Position numbers and translations under genes: made by a program. From Octopus sinensis (taxonomy: Eukaryota), in contig NW_021834993.1 in the NCBI RefSeq assembly GCF_006345805.1, positions 1 to 53,573 of the forward strand: a stretch of 53,573 nucleotides of DNA, written 5' to 3'. This document shows positions 1 to 12,310 of this stretch, piece after piece. A model generated the notes under the pieces. It ran no database searches and was not told the DNA's origin. It saw only the letters and a program-made list of their open reading frames with translations. The first letter of the stretch is position 1, and every line of letters starts with the position of its first letter.

Positions 1-439
1 AGGTGGTGAGGAAGAGAGAGAGAGAGAAAGCGAAGGAGAGAAAGAGAGAGCAAACACCAACGCAAGCGTTTGCTGTTCGGACGGTATCTCTGAAGATAAG
101 AACTACACGAAATCGTACGTTTTAATGACCAGCCTACGTATGAATGTTGAATGTTTTAACAAGCGACTGTCGTCATTTTTACGTCTGCAGTGCACTCCTA
201 TTACAATAGTAGAATTTCCTCACATCTCAGCCTAGAATAGATCGCCGAAATCAATAGCGCAATCCGCAAGAAACTGCTGGCGTATCTGTGTCGTCTGCTT
301 CGTCACTGAAATCGCCATCATTCAGTCCTCCATTCAGTCAGTCTTTCATTCATCAACTTGCTCTTGTTTCAATGTACTTTCAGTCTCTCAAGCTGATCTG
401 ATTAAGAAAGAAATACATACCAGCCGTGCATTCAAGTTC

Positions 440-443
440 GTTC

Positions 444-511
<68 letters not shown>

Positions 512-960
512 GTCCTTCCGTCTTTCTTTCTCTCTCTGCATCGTCTTCCCCTCCGTCTCTCCAGCTCCCCTTCGGCGGACATTATGCTTTCGTTCTTTCT
601 CTCTTTTCCTTTCCTATTAGTTTTCTCCCTCTCTATTTATCTTTCCTGGGAGATACATCATACTTTTGTTCGTTCTTTCTTCCTTCTTCCTTTATTATTA
701 GCTTACTTCCTATCTATCTATCTTTCCTTCTCTATTTTCCTTTGACTCTTTCACCATTATCTATCTCCTCTTTCTTTCTCAATCCCCAACGTAAATCTCT
801 CTCTCTATCTCTGTCTCTGTCTCTGTCTCTCTCTCACACTCTCTCTCTGTCTCTGTCTCTATCTCTGTCTCTGTCTCTTTCTCACTCTCTCTCTGCCTCT
901 GTCTCTCTCTCTCTGTCGTTGTCTCTCTCTCTCTCTGTCTCTCTGTCTCTCTCTCTCTGA
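440..960. repeat. (CT)n / (CTGT)n microsatellite block
   Basis: Direct reading; explains the poly-SL ORFs. Confidence 0.95.
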
Positions 961-1274
961 ATACTGTTTCCTCATTATTACGATTCTTTCTACATCGTAA
1001 TGGCGACCCTATTCTCTTTACGTTTTTAGATCACCAAATACATCTCCGTCGTTGATTCGTGAGTCAACACCACGCTTTGCATTACAAATTCTTTATAAAG
1101 AGGAAACCGCTTATTACGATCACGGAAAATGTTATCAACCGAGTACTATCATCGAAAAGCTCCGATAACAATAACCAGGTCCCACTGTAATATGCACCAG
1201 ATATACCAATAATGTATGTGTATATACACTCACACAGACACACAGACACAGACACAGACACAGACACAGACACA

Positions 1275-1350
<76 letters not shown>

Positions 1351-1658
1351 TGTATATGTGTTTGTGTGTATGTGTGTGTGTGGGTGTGTGCATGTCTGTG
1401 TGTGTGTGTGTGTGTGTGTGTTTGTGTGTATATGTATATACGTATATTTCGAAATAAAAATTGCAAATATAAACAGTCAAACATTTTATTGAGGGATCAT
1501 TTGTATAATGAAGGCCTGTGCCACATACTGAAACACACATGTACTCACACACACACACACACACACACACATGCACATATATGTATGCATAGACAGATGA
1601 ATGGACAGACACACACACACACATATGTGTGTATGTATATAATGTGTATATATACATA

Positions 1659-1715
<57 letters not shown>

Positions 1716-1764
1716 GTGTGTGTGAGTGTGTGTGTGTGTGTGTGTGTGTATACACGTATATATT

Positions 1765-2074
1765 TATATCCTTTACTTGTTTCAATCATTTGATTGCGGC
1801 CATGCTGGAGCACCGCACTGAAGGGTTTAATCGATCCCAGGACTTATTTTTTCTGAAGCTGAACCGCTAAGTTACGGGGAAATAAAGGCACCAACACCGG
1901 TTGTGAAGTGCGCACACACACATGTATACGACAGGCTTCTTTCAGTTTCCGCCTACCAAATCCACTGACAGGACCTTGGTTGGCCCGAGGCTATAGTAGA
2001 AGACATTTACCCAAGTGGGACCGAACTCCGAACCGTGTGGTTGGGAAGCAAACTTCTTACCACACAGCTACGCC
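1765..2074 (-). mobile_element. tRNA-derived CORE-type SINE (family A) with internal CA tract
   Basis: Minus strand: tRNA-like head GGCGTAGCTGTGTGGTAAGAAG, body GGATTTGGTAGGCGGAAACTGAAAGAAGCC, and 3' tail GGTGCTCCAGCATGGCCGCAATCAAATGATTGAAACAAGTAAAGG shared with other copies in the window. Confidence 0.85.
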
Positions 2075-2107
2075 GGTAGAACCCTTTCTGCTGAATGCAC
2101 AATGCCA

Positions 2108-2284
2108 GCAGTATGGGCGGATGATTACATCGACCCCTGTCTTCCACTGATACTGATTTCATTAGCCCGACGAGGACGAGGCACAAAGTCGACCTCGGTG
2201 GAATTTGAACTCAGAACGTAAGAGACGGAAGAAATGCCGCAAAGCAGTTTCTCCGGCTTGCTAACGATTCTGCCTGCTCGCCCC
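2108..2284 (-). mobile_element. tRNA-derived SINE (family B), decayed
   Basis: Reverse complement matches the family B head and B-box (GTTCAAATTCCACCGAGGTCGACTTTG). Confidence 0.75.
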
Positions 2285-2694
2285 CATTTAGGACAGATTA
2301 AACGATGGGATTCGATTCTAAACTCGTTGGATATGAAACAAGTCGACAGGATGGACGTGGGTGGAATGTCTTTTGAATATATTAGTCTCGATAACCTGCA
2401 TCCTATACATGAGTTTCCACTGGTCACTGTATAATCCATTGCTTTAATCCCACAACGTTCGTCATCAACAATGCCACCACCACAACCACCATCACCACCA
2501 CCACCACCACCACCACCACCACCACCACCACCACCACCACCACCACCACCACCACTACCACCACCACCAACAACAACAACAACAACAAAAGATCCTATAT
2601 AATTAGATTTCCCTATGTTAATGTGTATGTGCGTGCATACATACATACATACATACATACACACACACACATGTATACACATACTCTCTCTCCT

Positions 2695-2729
<35 letters not shown>

Positions 2730-2740
2730 TATACTTAGAT

Positions 2741-2880
2741 GTAGGCATGGTTGTGTGCTTAACAAGTTCGCATCGCCACGAAGTGGTCTGGGGGTCAGTC
2801 TCATCCCGAGTTCACTTAAGCAAGTGTCTTCTGCTATAACACGGGACTGACCAAACCTACGTAGTGAACTTGGTAGCTTG
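2741..2880 (+). mobile_element. Decayed family A SINE head/CORE
   Basis: GGCATGGTTGTGTG...AAGCAAGTGTCTTCTGCTATA resembles the better copies. Confidence 0.6.
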
Positions 2881-2907
2881 TTGTCTGTGTGTGAATATAT
2901 ATACATG

Positions 2908-2968
<61 letters not shown>

Positions 2969-3540
2969 ATTTACATACGGTTGTTATATATATATTAGTA
3001 GATATGTACAAATAGACGTATATATGGTATATATATATATATGTTATAAATAGGATATATATATATATATATATATATAAGAGAGCGAGAGATGTATATA
3101 TACAGGCACAGAGAGTACACATGGAGGTACATATGTACTTATAGAAGTACACATGTACTTCCATATGCACTTACAGCAGTACGTATGTACACGCAACGGT
3201 ACTTAGAGTACGTATACATTCTGTAAATATACAATATGTAGAATATACAAGTACAAATGTACTTCTATACCTACTTATACACATAAAGAAGCATACATGC
3301 AAAAGAAGTGCATATGTTCACCCTCTCTCTCTCTCTCTCTCTCACTTTTTCTCTCTCTAATACACACACGCACACACACACACACACACACCACTCACAT
3401 ACACACGCATGCGCAATTATGCATCTATATACGATCAAACAGAATTTCAAGAGGCTGGCATGGTCTGCGCCTGCAAGACTTGCATTATTTAGTAAAATCG
3501 AAAACAGGAGTACAGTGAATTTTTCACGGGAAGTGGGAAG

Positions 3541-3573
3541 TCTAACGTTTCGGACAAGGTCCTTCTTCAGGGA
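3541..3573 (-). ncRNA. Minimal hammerhead-like motif (Penelope-type remnant), stem I decayed
   Basis: Minus strand CUGAAGA-A-GGAC(CUU)GUCC-GAAAC-GUU. Confidence 0.45.
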
Positions 3574-3943
3574 ATATTTGACAGATTGAAATTGATGAAT
3601 CACAGTTTTGCATCTAGTATGTTAATAGGTGAATATATGTTACGTGTAGAAGTACTTATGGAAAAAAGGAAGTACATACATAAATATGTAAGTATATATT
3701 TATCCAAATGGAGGGAGTGGAGCAGGAAAATTTCAGGCTACATATGTTTCCTAGCTAGCAGATCTTCTGATGCAATAATAACTCAACGAGGGTTACTCAT
3801 CCTGCTACTTCTCAAGTCGAACGTACTTCAATTATGTGAAGGGTACATTGTCGTTAAGAGATCCCACGTGAACTCACCGGAAACTTCCTACACTTAGATA
3901 CTTGGATCTTATAGTTACATATCGGTATGCATATATATGTATG

Positions 3944-4056
<113 letters not shown>

Positions 4057-4144
4057 CGCGTTGAAATTTATAGAAAAACAAAAGACGAAGACAGGTGTAT
4101 GTGACAACACGAAAGTGTAGTTTGACGCTCGGGAAGAATGAAAA

Positions 4145-4520
4145 AGTCTTTTACGTTTCGAGCCTACGCTCTTCAACAGAAAGGAATAAGAGAAAACAAG
4201 AGAGAGAAGAGAGAGAGAGAAAGAGAGAGAGAGAGGTGAAAAACTTAGCACATGCATTTCAGTGATCCAGCATGGCAAATATATATATATATTATATATA
4301 ATGATTCATGTATGTATATATATATATATATATAAAGTCTTTTACGTTTCGAGCCTACGCTCTTCAACAGAAAGGAATAAGAGAAAACAGAGAGAGAGAG
4401 AAAGAGAGAGAGAGAAAGAGAGAGAGAGAGTGAAAAAACTTGCAGATTCAGTGATCCAGCATGGCAATATATATATATATATATATATATATTTGATTCA
4501 TGTATGTATATATATATATA
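4145..4520 (-). repeat. ~190-bp tandem duplication carrying two minimal hammerhead-like motifs
   Basis: AAGTCTTTTACGTTTCGAGCCTACGCTCTTCAACAGAAAGGAATAAG occurs twice, 191 nt apart, each followed by GA and TA tracts. Confidence 0.8.
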
Positions 4521-4533
4521 TTATATTTATATA

Positions 4534-4607
<74 letters not shown>

Positions 4608-4652
4608 TATAGATATATATATACATACATACATACATCATGCATACATACA

Positions 4653-4684
<32 letters not shown>

Positions 4685-4737
4685 CATATATATGTATACA
4701 CCCCCACACACATGTATATGTATATGTATGTATAGCA

Positions 4738-4784
<47 letters not shown>

Positions 4785-5175
4785 AGAAAAGGAGAAGTAA
4801 ATTTGTGATTATGTATCCGAAAAAAATTCCAGTACAGGAAGGTTTACCTATCAGAGTCGATGTACATACAGTGTCTTAGGACACTAGGAGTACTTTGTTG
4901 AAAGACGATACAAATATCGTGCTTAGAAAAAATAAAAGTTGTGTTTAAAGATGATATAATAGTGATTCGAAACCTAATCGCTTGATAATCGGTTATTTAC
5001 CTCAAACGAATCGCCATGGTTTCTCGTGAGAGGTCTATTAATCGACCAAGCAGCGTACTGTTGTGGCGTGATATGGTTTTCTCGAATATTCTAAAATTTG
5101 GCGTCTAAAAACCGGTTGAAGCGCAGCTTCGATCGTTGACGGCCAAAGATCTCAGCCGCCACGGAAGTTTGCGCA

Positions 5176-5408
5176 TTTACTCTTTACTCTTTTACTCTTT
5201 TACTTGTTTCAGTCATTTGACTGCGGCCATGCTGGAGCACCGCTTTTAGTCGAGCAAATCGACCCCGGGACTTATTTCTTTGTAAGCCCAGCTTACTTAT
5301 CTATCGTTCTCTTTTGCCGAACCGCTAAGTGACGGGGACGTAACACACACCCGCATCGGTTGTCAAGCAATGCTAGGAGGACAAACACAGACACACAACA
5401 CACACCCC

Positions 5409-5446
<38 letters not shown>

Positions 5447-5610
5447 TAACGACAGCTTCTTTCAGTTTCCGTCCACCAAATCCACTCACAAGCATTGGTC
5501 GGCCCTAGGCTGTAGTAGAAGACACTTGCCCAAGGTGCCACGCAGTGGGACTGAACCCGGAATCATGTGGCTGGTTAGCAAGCTACTTACCACACAGCCA
5601 CTCCTGCGCC
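5176..5610 (-). mobile_element. Near full-length family A SINE (tRNA head, CORE-like domain, internal TA tract, 3' tail)
   Basis: Minus strand GGCGCAGGAGTGGCTGTGTGGTAAG...GGTTCAGTCCCACTGCGTGGCACCTTGGGCAAGTGTCTTC...(TA)n...GCGGTGCTCCAGCATGGCCGCAGTCAAATGACTGAAACAAG-(TAAAAGAG)n. It resembles the CORE-bearing octopus SINEs (OR1/OR2 type) as I recall them. Confidence 0.9.
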
Positions 5611-5886
5611 TTCGTGTATTTTTGGACTGACCACACGTTGTCACACAGAAAACTTTCTATAATTTCAGAGCAGTCTGACCCTCGCATTCGGCAATTATTC
5701 AAATTATTAATTATAAATAGCCAACACCAAATATCTTTATGTCCGGCAATAAATATTTCCCCTAAATGCTCGCGGGTTTGCTTACGTCATTATGCACGCA
5801 GCCAGCGAAATATATCTCCATTTACCATCTTCGCATTGCACCAAACAAGCCACCTCGCGACAAGTGATTAAAGAACAGTAGAAATA

Positions 5887-6046
5887 CGAGGCGCATTTCA
5901 GAAGTTTTGAGACTTGTTTTAAGATGAGGCAGTAATTACTGGCCTCGATTACTATAATTTTAGCATCTCATTTCTACACATTTAATAAACTGACTTGCAA
6001 ACTTGTGGTACTTCAGTGTTGCAACAGCACTTTGAATGCGCCCTAC
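5887..6046. mobile_element. Possible mariner-derived MITE
   Basis: TA-flanked imperfect inverted ends: CGAGGCGCATTTCAGAAG versus reverse complement GTAGGGCGCATTCAAAG. Confidence 0.3.
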
Positions 6047-6391
6047 TAAACATGGCTTGTCATAGGTGACTTATTTGCAGAATACAATCGCAATAAAAAA
6101 CATGTCATTGGGGTTTTTAGTAGTGATAGCGAGGGAGAGAGAGAGAGAGAGAGGGAGAGAGAGAGAGAGATAGAGAGATAGAGAAAGAGAGGGAGAGAGA
6201 GAGAAAGAGAGAGAAAGAGAGAGGGAGATAGAGATAGAGATAGAGAGGGAGAGATAGATAGATAGAGAGAAAGAGAGAGAGATAGATAGAGAGAGAGAGA
6301 GAGAGGAGAGAGAGAGATAGATAGAGAGAAAGAGAGAAAGAGAGAGAGAGAAAGAGAGAGAAAGAGAGAGGGAGAGAGATAGAGATAGATC

Positions 6392-6457
<66 letters not shown>

Positions 6458-6499
6458 ATAATAGGTGTTAGTACTGAAATGGTATTTTATTTTATTTTA

Positions 6500-6740
6500 A
6501 GGCGGCAAGCTGGCAGAAACGTTAGCACGTCGGGCGAAATGCTTAGCAGTATTTCGTCTGCCGTTACGTTCTGAGTTCAAATTCCGCCGAGGTCGACTTT
6601 GCCTTTCATCCTTTCGGAGTCGATAAATTAAGTACCAGTTATGCACTGGGGTCGATGTAATCGACTTAATCCGTTTGTCTGTCCTTGATTGTCCCCTCTG
6701 TGTTTAGCCCCTTGTGGGTAGTAAAGAAATAGGTATTTTA
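6500..6740 (+). mobile_element. Full-length family B SINE
   Basis: A-box-like TGGCAGAAACGTTAGC, B-box GTTCAAATTCC, central GCCTTTCATCCTTTCGGAGTCGATAAA (resembles the Meta-type SINE domain as I recall it, unverified). Confidence 0.9.
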
Positions 6741-6860
6741 TTTTATCGACTCCGAAAAGATAAAAGGCAAAGTTGGCCTTAGTGGGATTCGAACTCTGAG
6801 CGCAGAGAGCCGGAATGAATTCTACAGGACATTGTAACGACTTAACTAGCTCACCGCCTG
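6738..6860 (-). mobile_element. Decayed family B SINE, inverted relative to its neighbour
   Basis: Reverse complement matches the head and central domain of 6500-6630. Confidence 0.7.
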
Positions 6861-7053
6861 ATAATCCTTTCAAATTTGGAAACAACACAAAGAATTTTGA
6901 GGCGAGAGACACCGTCGTCGCATATATCGGTCTGTCCACTAGTGACCAACCCTGCTGAGTATTTTGTCTGACGCCGTAACGATTCTGTCAGCGCGTCGTC
7001 GCCTTGTAATGGAGATAGAAAGAGGCAAAGTATTATGTTGGAGCATTACTTAC

Positions 7054-7078
7054 CATTTCTGAGTCGCTGGGGAAAGAT
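7054..7078 (-). other. Candidate 25-nt micro-exon ending in ATG
   Basis: Minus strand TTTCTCTTTTGTTTTTTCTCTTCAG|ATCTTTCCCCAGCGACTCAGAAATG|GTAAGT: consensus acceptor and donor. Confidence 0.5.
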
Positions 7079-7234
7079 CTGAAGAGAAAAAACAAAAGAG
7101 AAATAATTAAGACGAATGAAGACGAAGCTGTTGAATATAAAATGGGTGCGTTTATGGGTTTAGGGAGCATTAAATTTGTGCGAAGGAATTGTTGTTTCGG
7201 AACAATGGGGCGTTTTTGTCATACGTAGGGCTGT

Positions 7235-7276
<42 letters not shown>

Positions 7277-7379
7277 TACGCAAGGGTTATCTTTTATCTT
7301 TCGCGTGTTTCTCGTTGCTCGCCATTGACGTGTAGATTTGCTACCGAACCTTTCCTGCGTAGAATCATCTCAAGTGGTG

Positions 7380-8450
7380 AAAGAAAGAGGTTCTTTATAA
7401 TCCCAAAGAAGCCGACAATGGTTCGCACCTAAGGAGAATCCACTCTCAAAACTAAGAGTATACACGAAAAAAATTATGCTCTGTGTTTGGAGGGATTTGT
7501 AGGATGTTGTCTATCATGAAGTGTTAAACGAAAAGGAAACTTGCGGAGAACTTTAGGCGGCGAGGAGCTGGCAGAACCATTAGTACGCTGGACGAAATGC
7601 TTAGCGGTATTTTCTCTGTCTAATTTCTGAGTTCAAATTCCACCGAGGTCAACTTTGCCTTTCATCCTTTCGGGGTCGATTAAATAAGTACCAGTTACGC
7701 ACTGGGGTCGATATAATCGACTTAATCCCTTTGTCTGTCCGTCCTTGTTTGTCCTCTCTGTGTTTAGCCCCTTGTGGGTAGTAAAGAAATAGGTATTTTG
7801 TCTGTCTTTACGTTCTATGTTCAAATTTCACCGAGGTCGACTTTGCCTTTCATCCTTTCGGGGTCGATAAATTAAGTACCAGTTACGTACTGGGGTCGAT
7901 ATAATCGACTTAATCCCTTTGTGTGTCTTTGTTTGTCCCCTCTATGTTTAGCCCCTTGTGGGCAATAAAGAAAAAAAATTAAACATGCAGAGAAGTATTG
8001 CCGTTAACTGGAAACACTGCAGAACCAAATTGCAGAGAAGGCTCCCATCATTGGTCCATCGTAAAGGGATGCTGCTCAGACACAATAATGCAGACTCACA
8101 CATTATCTAAGTCAATCAGCGAAACATTATGACGGTAAATATAAATGTTTTCTCTCATTCACCTTATTCTTCTGACCTCGATCCATCGGACTCACCTTTT
8201 CGGATCATTATGACATAATTTGAAGGAAAACAATTTATCAATTGTGAAGAGCTTAAAAATAATGTTGAGTGTTTTTTTGCCTCGAAACCTGAAGAATTTT
8301 ACGCCTGGGGGATCAACCACTTGCCAAGTAGACGGGATTCTCTTATCGATAATGAGCGAAAATATTACCTTGATTAGATATATCAATTAAGATCAAAGTA
8401 TTGCTTCTTTCCCACCTCGAAATGCGACAAGACTTTCTTTCCATTGTAAT
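7380..8450 (+). pseudogene. Old decayed mariner transposase, interrupted by SINEs at 7557-7973
   Basis: Remnant peptides KIMLCVWRD, MLLRHNNA, HSPYSSDLDPSD, FFASKPEEFYAWGINHLP match mariner DD34D-domain motifs. Confidence 0.7.
7557..7973 (+). mobile_element. Family B SINE, tandem (full copy plus partial second copy)
   Basis: Two successive GTTCAAATT..CCGAGGTC.ACTTTGCCTTTCATCCTTTCGGGGTCGAT units. Confidence 0.9.
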
Positions 8451-8460
8451 ATACATACAT

Positions 8461-8519
<59 letters not shown>

Positions 8520-8567
8520 TGTAATATATAATTATATAATTATACATACATATCTAATATACATATA

Positions 8568-9849
8568 CGAGGGACGTTCAATAAGTAATGCCTCTGACTC
8601 ACTTGCAGTTGTTTGATCTAGCTGAAATTTTGCATGTGCAATTATTTATATCTCTATAGAGTAAGTGGCAAATTACAGCTCTGAATTAATTGTGGTTTCT
8701 GATTTACAGGTGTTTGAACCGAGTCAAATGTGAAATAGAGCCTGTTGAGTGTCGAGCAGTGATCCGGTTTTTGTATTTGAAAGGACGCACACCACGGGAG
8801 ACTTTTGATGAAATGAATGTAACTTATGGTGATGATGCCCCATCATATGATCTTGTAAAACGCTGGCATCGTGAATTCAAACATGGTCGGAACTCTGTAG
8901 AAACAGCTCCCAGATCTGGTCGCCCCCTTCTGCCATTGATGAGGCATCTGTCCGTCAAGTTGAGGCTGCCATTTTGGAAGATCGACGCATAATTATTCGC
9001 CAAATAGCCCATGAGGTCAAGATTAGTACCGGGTCTGTGGAAACTATCATTCATGACCATTTTCATATGCAAAAGGTGTCTGCCAGATGGATTCCCAGGC
9101 TGCTCACGCCTTTCCAGAAACAAGAACGCGTCGAGTGCTCGAGGGTGAATTTGGAGATGTGCCAAGAAGATGAGTCAAAATTTTTCAAAAGACTGATTAC
9201 ACAGGATGAAACCTGGGTCCATCACGATGATCCAGAGACCAAAGCCCAGTCAATGCAGTGGAAGCACCGTGACTCACCCCCTCCAAGAAGGCAAGGTGCA
9301 GCCCTCCGCTGTAAGGTCATGCTCACAGTCTTCTGGGACCAACGGAGTAGTGATGACAGATTTCCTGGCAAAGGTACCACAATTGCAGGAGCCTATTATG
9401 CTTCATTTTTGAGGAAATTAAGAGAAGTTATCAAAATCAAGAGGGGGCAAGATCAGCAAAGCATCCTCCTCCTGCAGGACAACGCTCCGGTCCACAACTC
9501 GCTTGTCGCCAGATCAGAAGCACAGGCGTATGGCTATGAACTCCTCCCCATCCCCCCTACTTTCCTGACCTTGCACCCTCTGATTTTCACCTCTTCCCAA
9601 TCATGAAGTTGTTTTTGAAAGGAAAGCGTTTCCCAGATGATGCAGCCTTGATTTCTGAAGTCACGTTGAGGTTGGAGGACCAAGCTGGGTTCTTCTACAA
9701 AAACGGTCTCCAGAGCCGCATCGAGCGATGGGAGAAATGCGTAACTCTGGGTGGTTCCTATGTAGAAAAAGACTAATAACTGTGCCAAGTTTCGTTGCTC
9801 TACTGCTATGGGAAGTGGGTCAGGGGCATTACTTATTGAACGCCCCTCT
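8568..9849 (+). mobile_element. Full-length (1282 bp) mariner DNA transposon, transposase frameshifted
   Basis: 31-bp TIRs with 28/31 identity and TA on both sides (8566-8567, 9850-9851). Motifs RSGRP, WIPRLLT, ITQDETW, LLQDNAPVH, PPYFPDLAPSDF split across frames. N-terminus looks irritans-like (inference). Confidence 0.95.
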
Positions 9850-9909
9850 TATATAAACATATGCATACACACATATATGCATGCATGTATGTATACATAT
9901 ACATATGTA

Positions 9910-9981
<72 letters not shown>

Positions 9982-9998
9982 ATCTATCTATCTATCCA

Positions 9999-10056
<58 letters not shown>

Positions 10057-10584
10057 TATTTATATTTTTGTGTGTGTGTGTGTGTGTGTGTGTACATGAG
10101 TAATTTTCATTATTGATATGTACATAATGTTTAGATATACAATTATTCTGTCTTTCTGCTTCAATGACTCCGCTGCGTACAATTTTGTTGTATTTTACAC
10201 TTCTACATTCACTCACACACTATGTATGTATGTATGTATGTATGTATGTATGCATGTATGTATGTATGTATGTATGTATGTATGTATGTATGTATGTATG
10301 TATGTATGTATGTATTTATCTATCTGTCTATATGTCTGTCTGTATATATATATATGTGTGTATATATGTACTATATGTACATGTATACGTATATATATAG
10401 TCCTAACTCCCCACAAATTTTATATTTTCTAAAATTTCTGAATGGAAATAGCTTATTTTAACACTTCAAAACTTCACAATTTCATGGCAGACATTTTTTA
10501 TAAATATTGCTTGAAAAAAAAAAGCGAAAAAGAAAAAGGAAGCATGATGGCTGACTAATTAACAAGAAACTAATTATCCTTTAT

Positions 10585-10745
10585 TTGTTTCAGTCACTGG
10601 ACTGCGGCCATGCTGGAGCAACGCCTTGAAAGGTTTAGTCAAACAAATCAGTCCCCCCCCAGTATTTAATTTTAAAACCTGGTACCTATTGTGTTGGATT
10701 CTTAAGCGGCACCGCTAAGTCACGAGGACGTAAACAACCACCACT
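10585..10745 (-). mobile_element. Family A SINE 3' half
   Basis: TTTGTTTCAGTCACTGGACTGCGGCCATGCTGGAGCA...CCGCTAAGTCACGAGGACGTAAAC. Confidence 0.8.
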
Positions 10746-10779
10746 AGGAGTAGGTGACATGGTAAATATATTTCTGAAT

Positions 10780-10812
<33 letters not shown>

Positions 10813-10881
10813 TTCTGATATATATATATATATTTCTGATATATATATATATATCTATATATATATATATATATATTTCTG

Positions 10882-10918
<37 letters not shown>

Positions 10919-11240
10919 CTATATTAGATTTCTGATATATTATATATATATATATATATATATAGTATATAGTAGAAATTGTTACGAAAAGAAGATATAA
11001 AATATAAAATACACGTGGAAATGTAAGGGTAAAATATGAAAAATCAACGAAAATGCACATTGCAAATAGAAAAAGGGTATTTATGACAGGTAACGACAAA
11101 TATATACATTTAGATTGACTGAGGTAGTGATACGAGTCATAAAAGTCATTATTATGAGATGATCATAAGATGATAATAAAGTAAGAGAACAAAACGAACC
11201 ATGGTTTACGCAAATCTATTCATCGTTTGAACAACACCGG

Positions 11241-11321
<81 letters not shown>

Positions 11322-11448
11322 AGAAATCAATTAGAAAAGATGCTCCAACAATGTTTGCATTAGTTATTATTATTTTTAGGTTGACGTTCAAATGAAAGAT
11401 ATAGAGAAAAGTATAACCCTTTGAACGAGCCCTTTCTCTGATTTACAG

Positions 11449-11505
11449 AAGAAATATCCAGGAAGGAAGTAAAAGAACGGAGGGACAGGGGCAAAACTCA
11501 CATGG
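11449..11505 (+). CDS. Candidate small exon (57 nt, phase 1-1; EISRKEVKERRDRGKTHM, or UTR ending in ATG-G)
   Basis: CCCTTTCTCTGATTTACAG| acceptor, ATGG|GTAATT donor, open frame. No homology recognised. Confidence 0.3.
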
Positions 11506-12029
11506 GTAATTCACATATTCGATTCATATAAGAAATTCCCCATTAAACTATTTTTTGTCTGAAATGAAGTCCAATGTGTTTTATTGTATTTTCGTCTATG
11601 AGATTCAGTGAAGAAAATTCTTTGTGTATTCTATGTGTGTGTGTGTGTGAATATGTGTATGTGTAAGTGTGTGTTTGTGTGCGTTATGTATGTTCATGCA
11701 TACATATGCTGGTGGAAGTACCTGTGTGTGTCTGCGCATGCTTTTGCTATTTAAACCCGAGTATATTCCTGTCAACTCCCATAATTTAAAATCAGCAAAA
11801 GTAGAGTTTTGTTTTCAGTCAATTGTTTTTCCCGTTTGAATGGAAATTAAGTGGAAATTAACTGAGAAAATATTTCTCGCAGAATTCAGGAATAAATATG
11901 TGGTTTCATATTGATCATAATAGCTGCTATTCCAGCCATTGCAAAACATATTACTGCAGCTCACAAGAACTTCAATTATTCCACTTTCTCTAACAGCCAC
12001 TCCGGCTCATATATATATATATATAAAGT

Positions 12030-12236
12030 TAATCCAAACATGAAAACACAAAGAGAAAACACAACACGCGAGGACGTGAACAATATAGTGTTATCGACGC
12101 TCAGAAAGGAAAGAAAGTAGGAGGATTTAACGTTTCGAGCGGACTCTTCGTCAGAAACATAGGAAAGAAATGATCCAAGGAAGGGAAGACGGAGGGAAAA
12201 ATCGCCAACGTACACAACACCGGTCACATTTTGAAT

Positions 12237-12240
<4 letters not shown>
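12030..12240 (-). mobile_element. Penelope-like element terminal remnant with minimal hammerhead (12125-12158)
   Basis: Minus strand GUUU-CUGACGA-A-GAG(UCCG)CUC-GAAAC-GUU/AAAU, flanked by (TA)n. Confidence 0.6.

Positions 12241-12304
<64 letters not shown>

Positions 12305-12310
<6 letters not shown>

Noticed and set aside
90-125. CTGAAGA...GAAA as a hammerhead
   Set aside because: No pairing for stems I, II or III.
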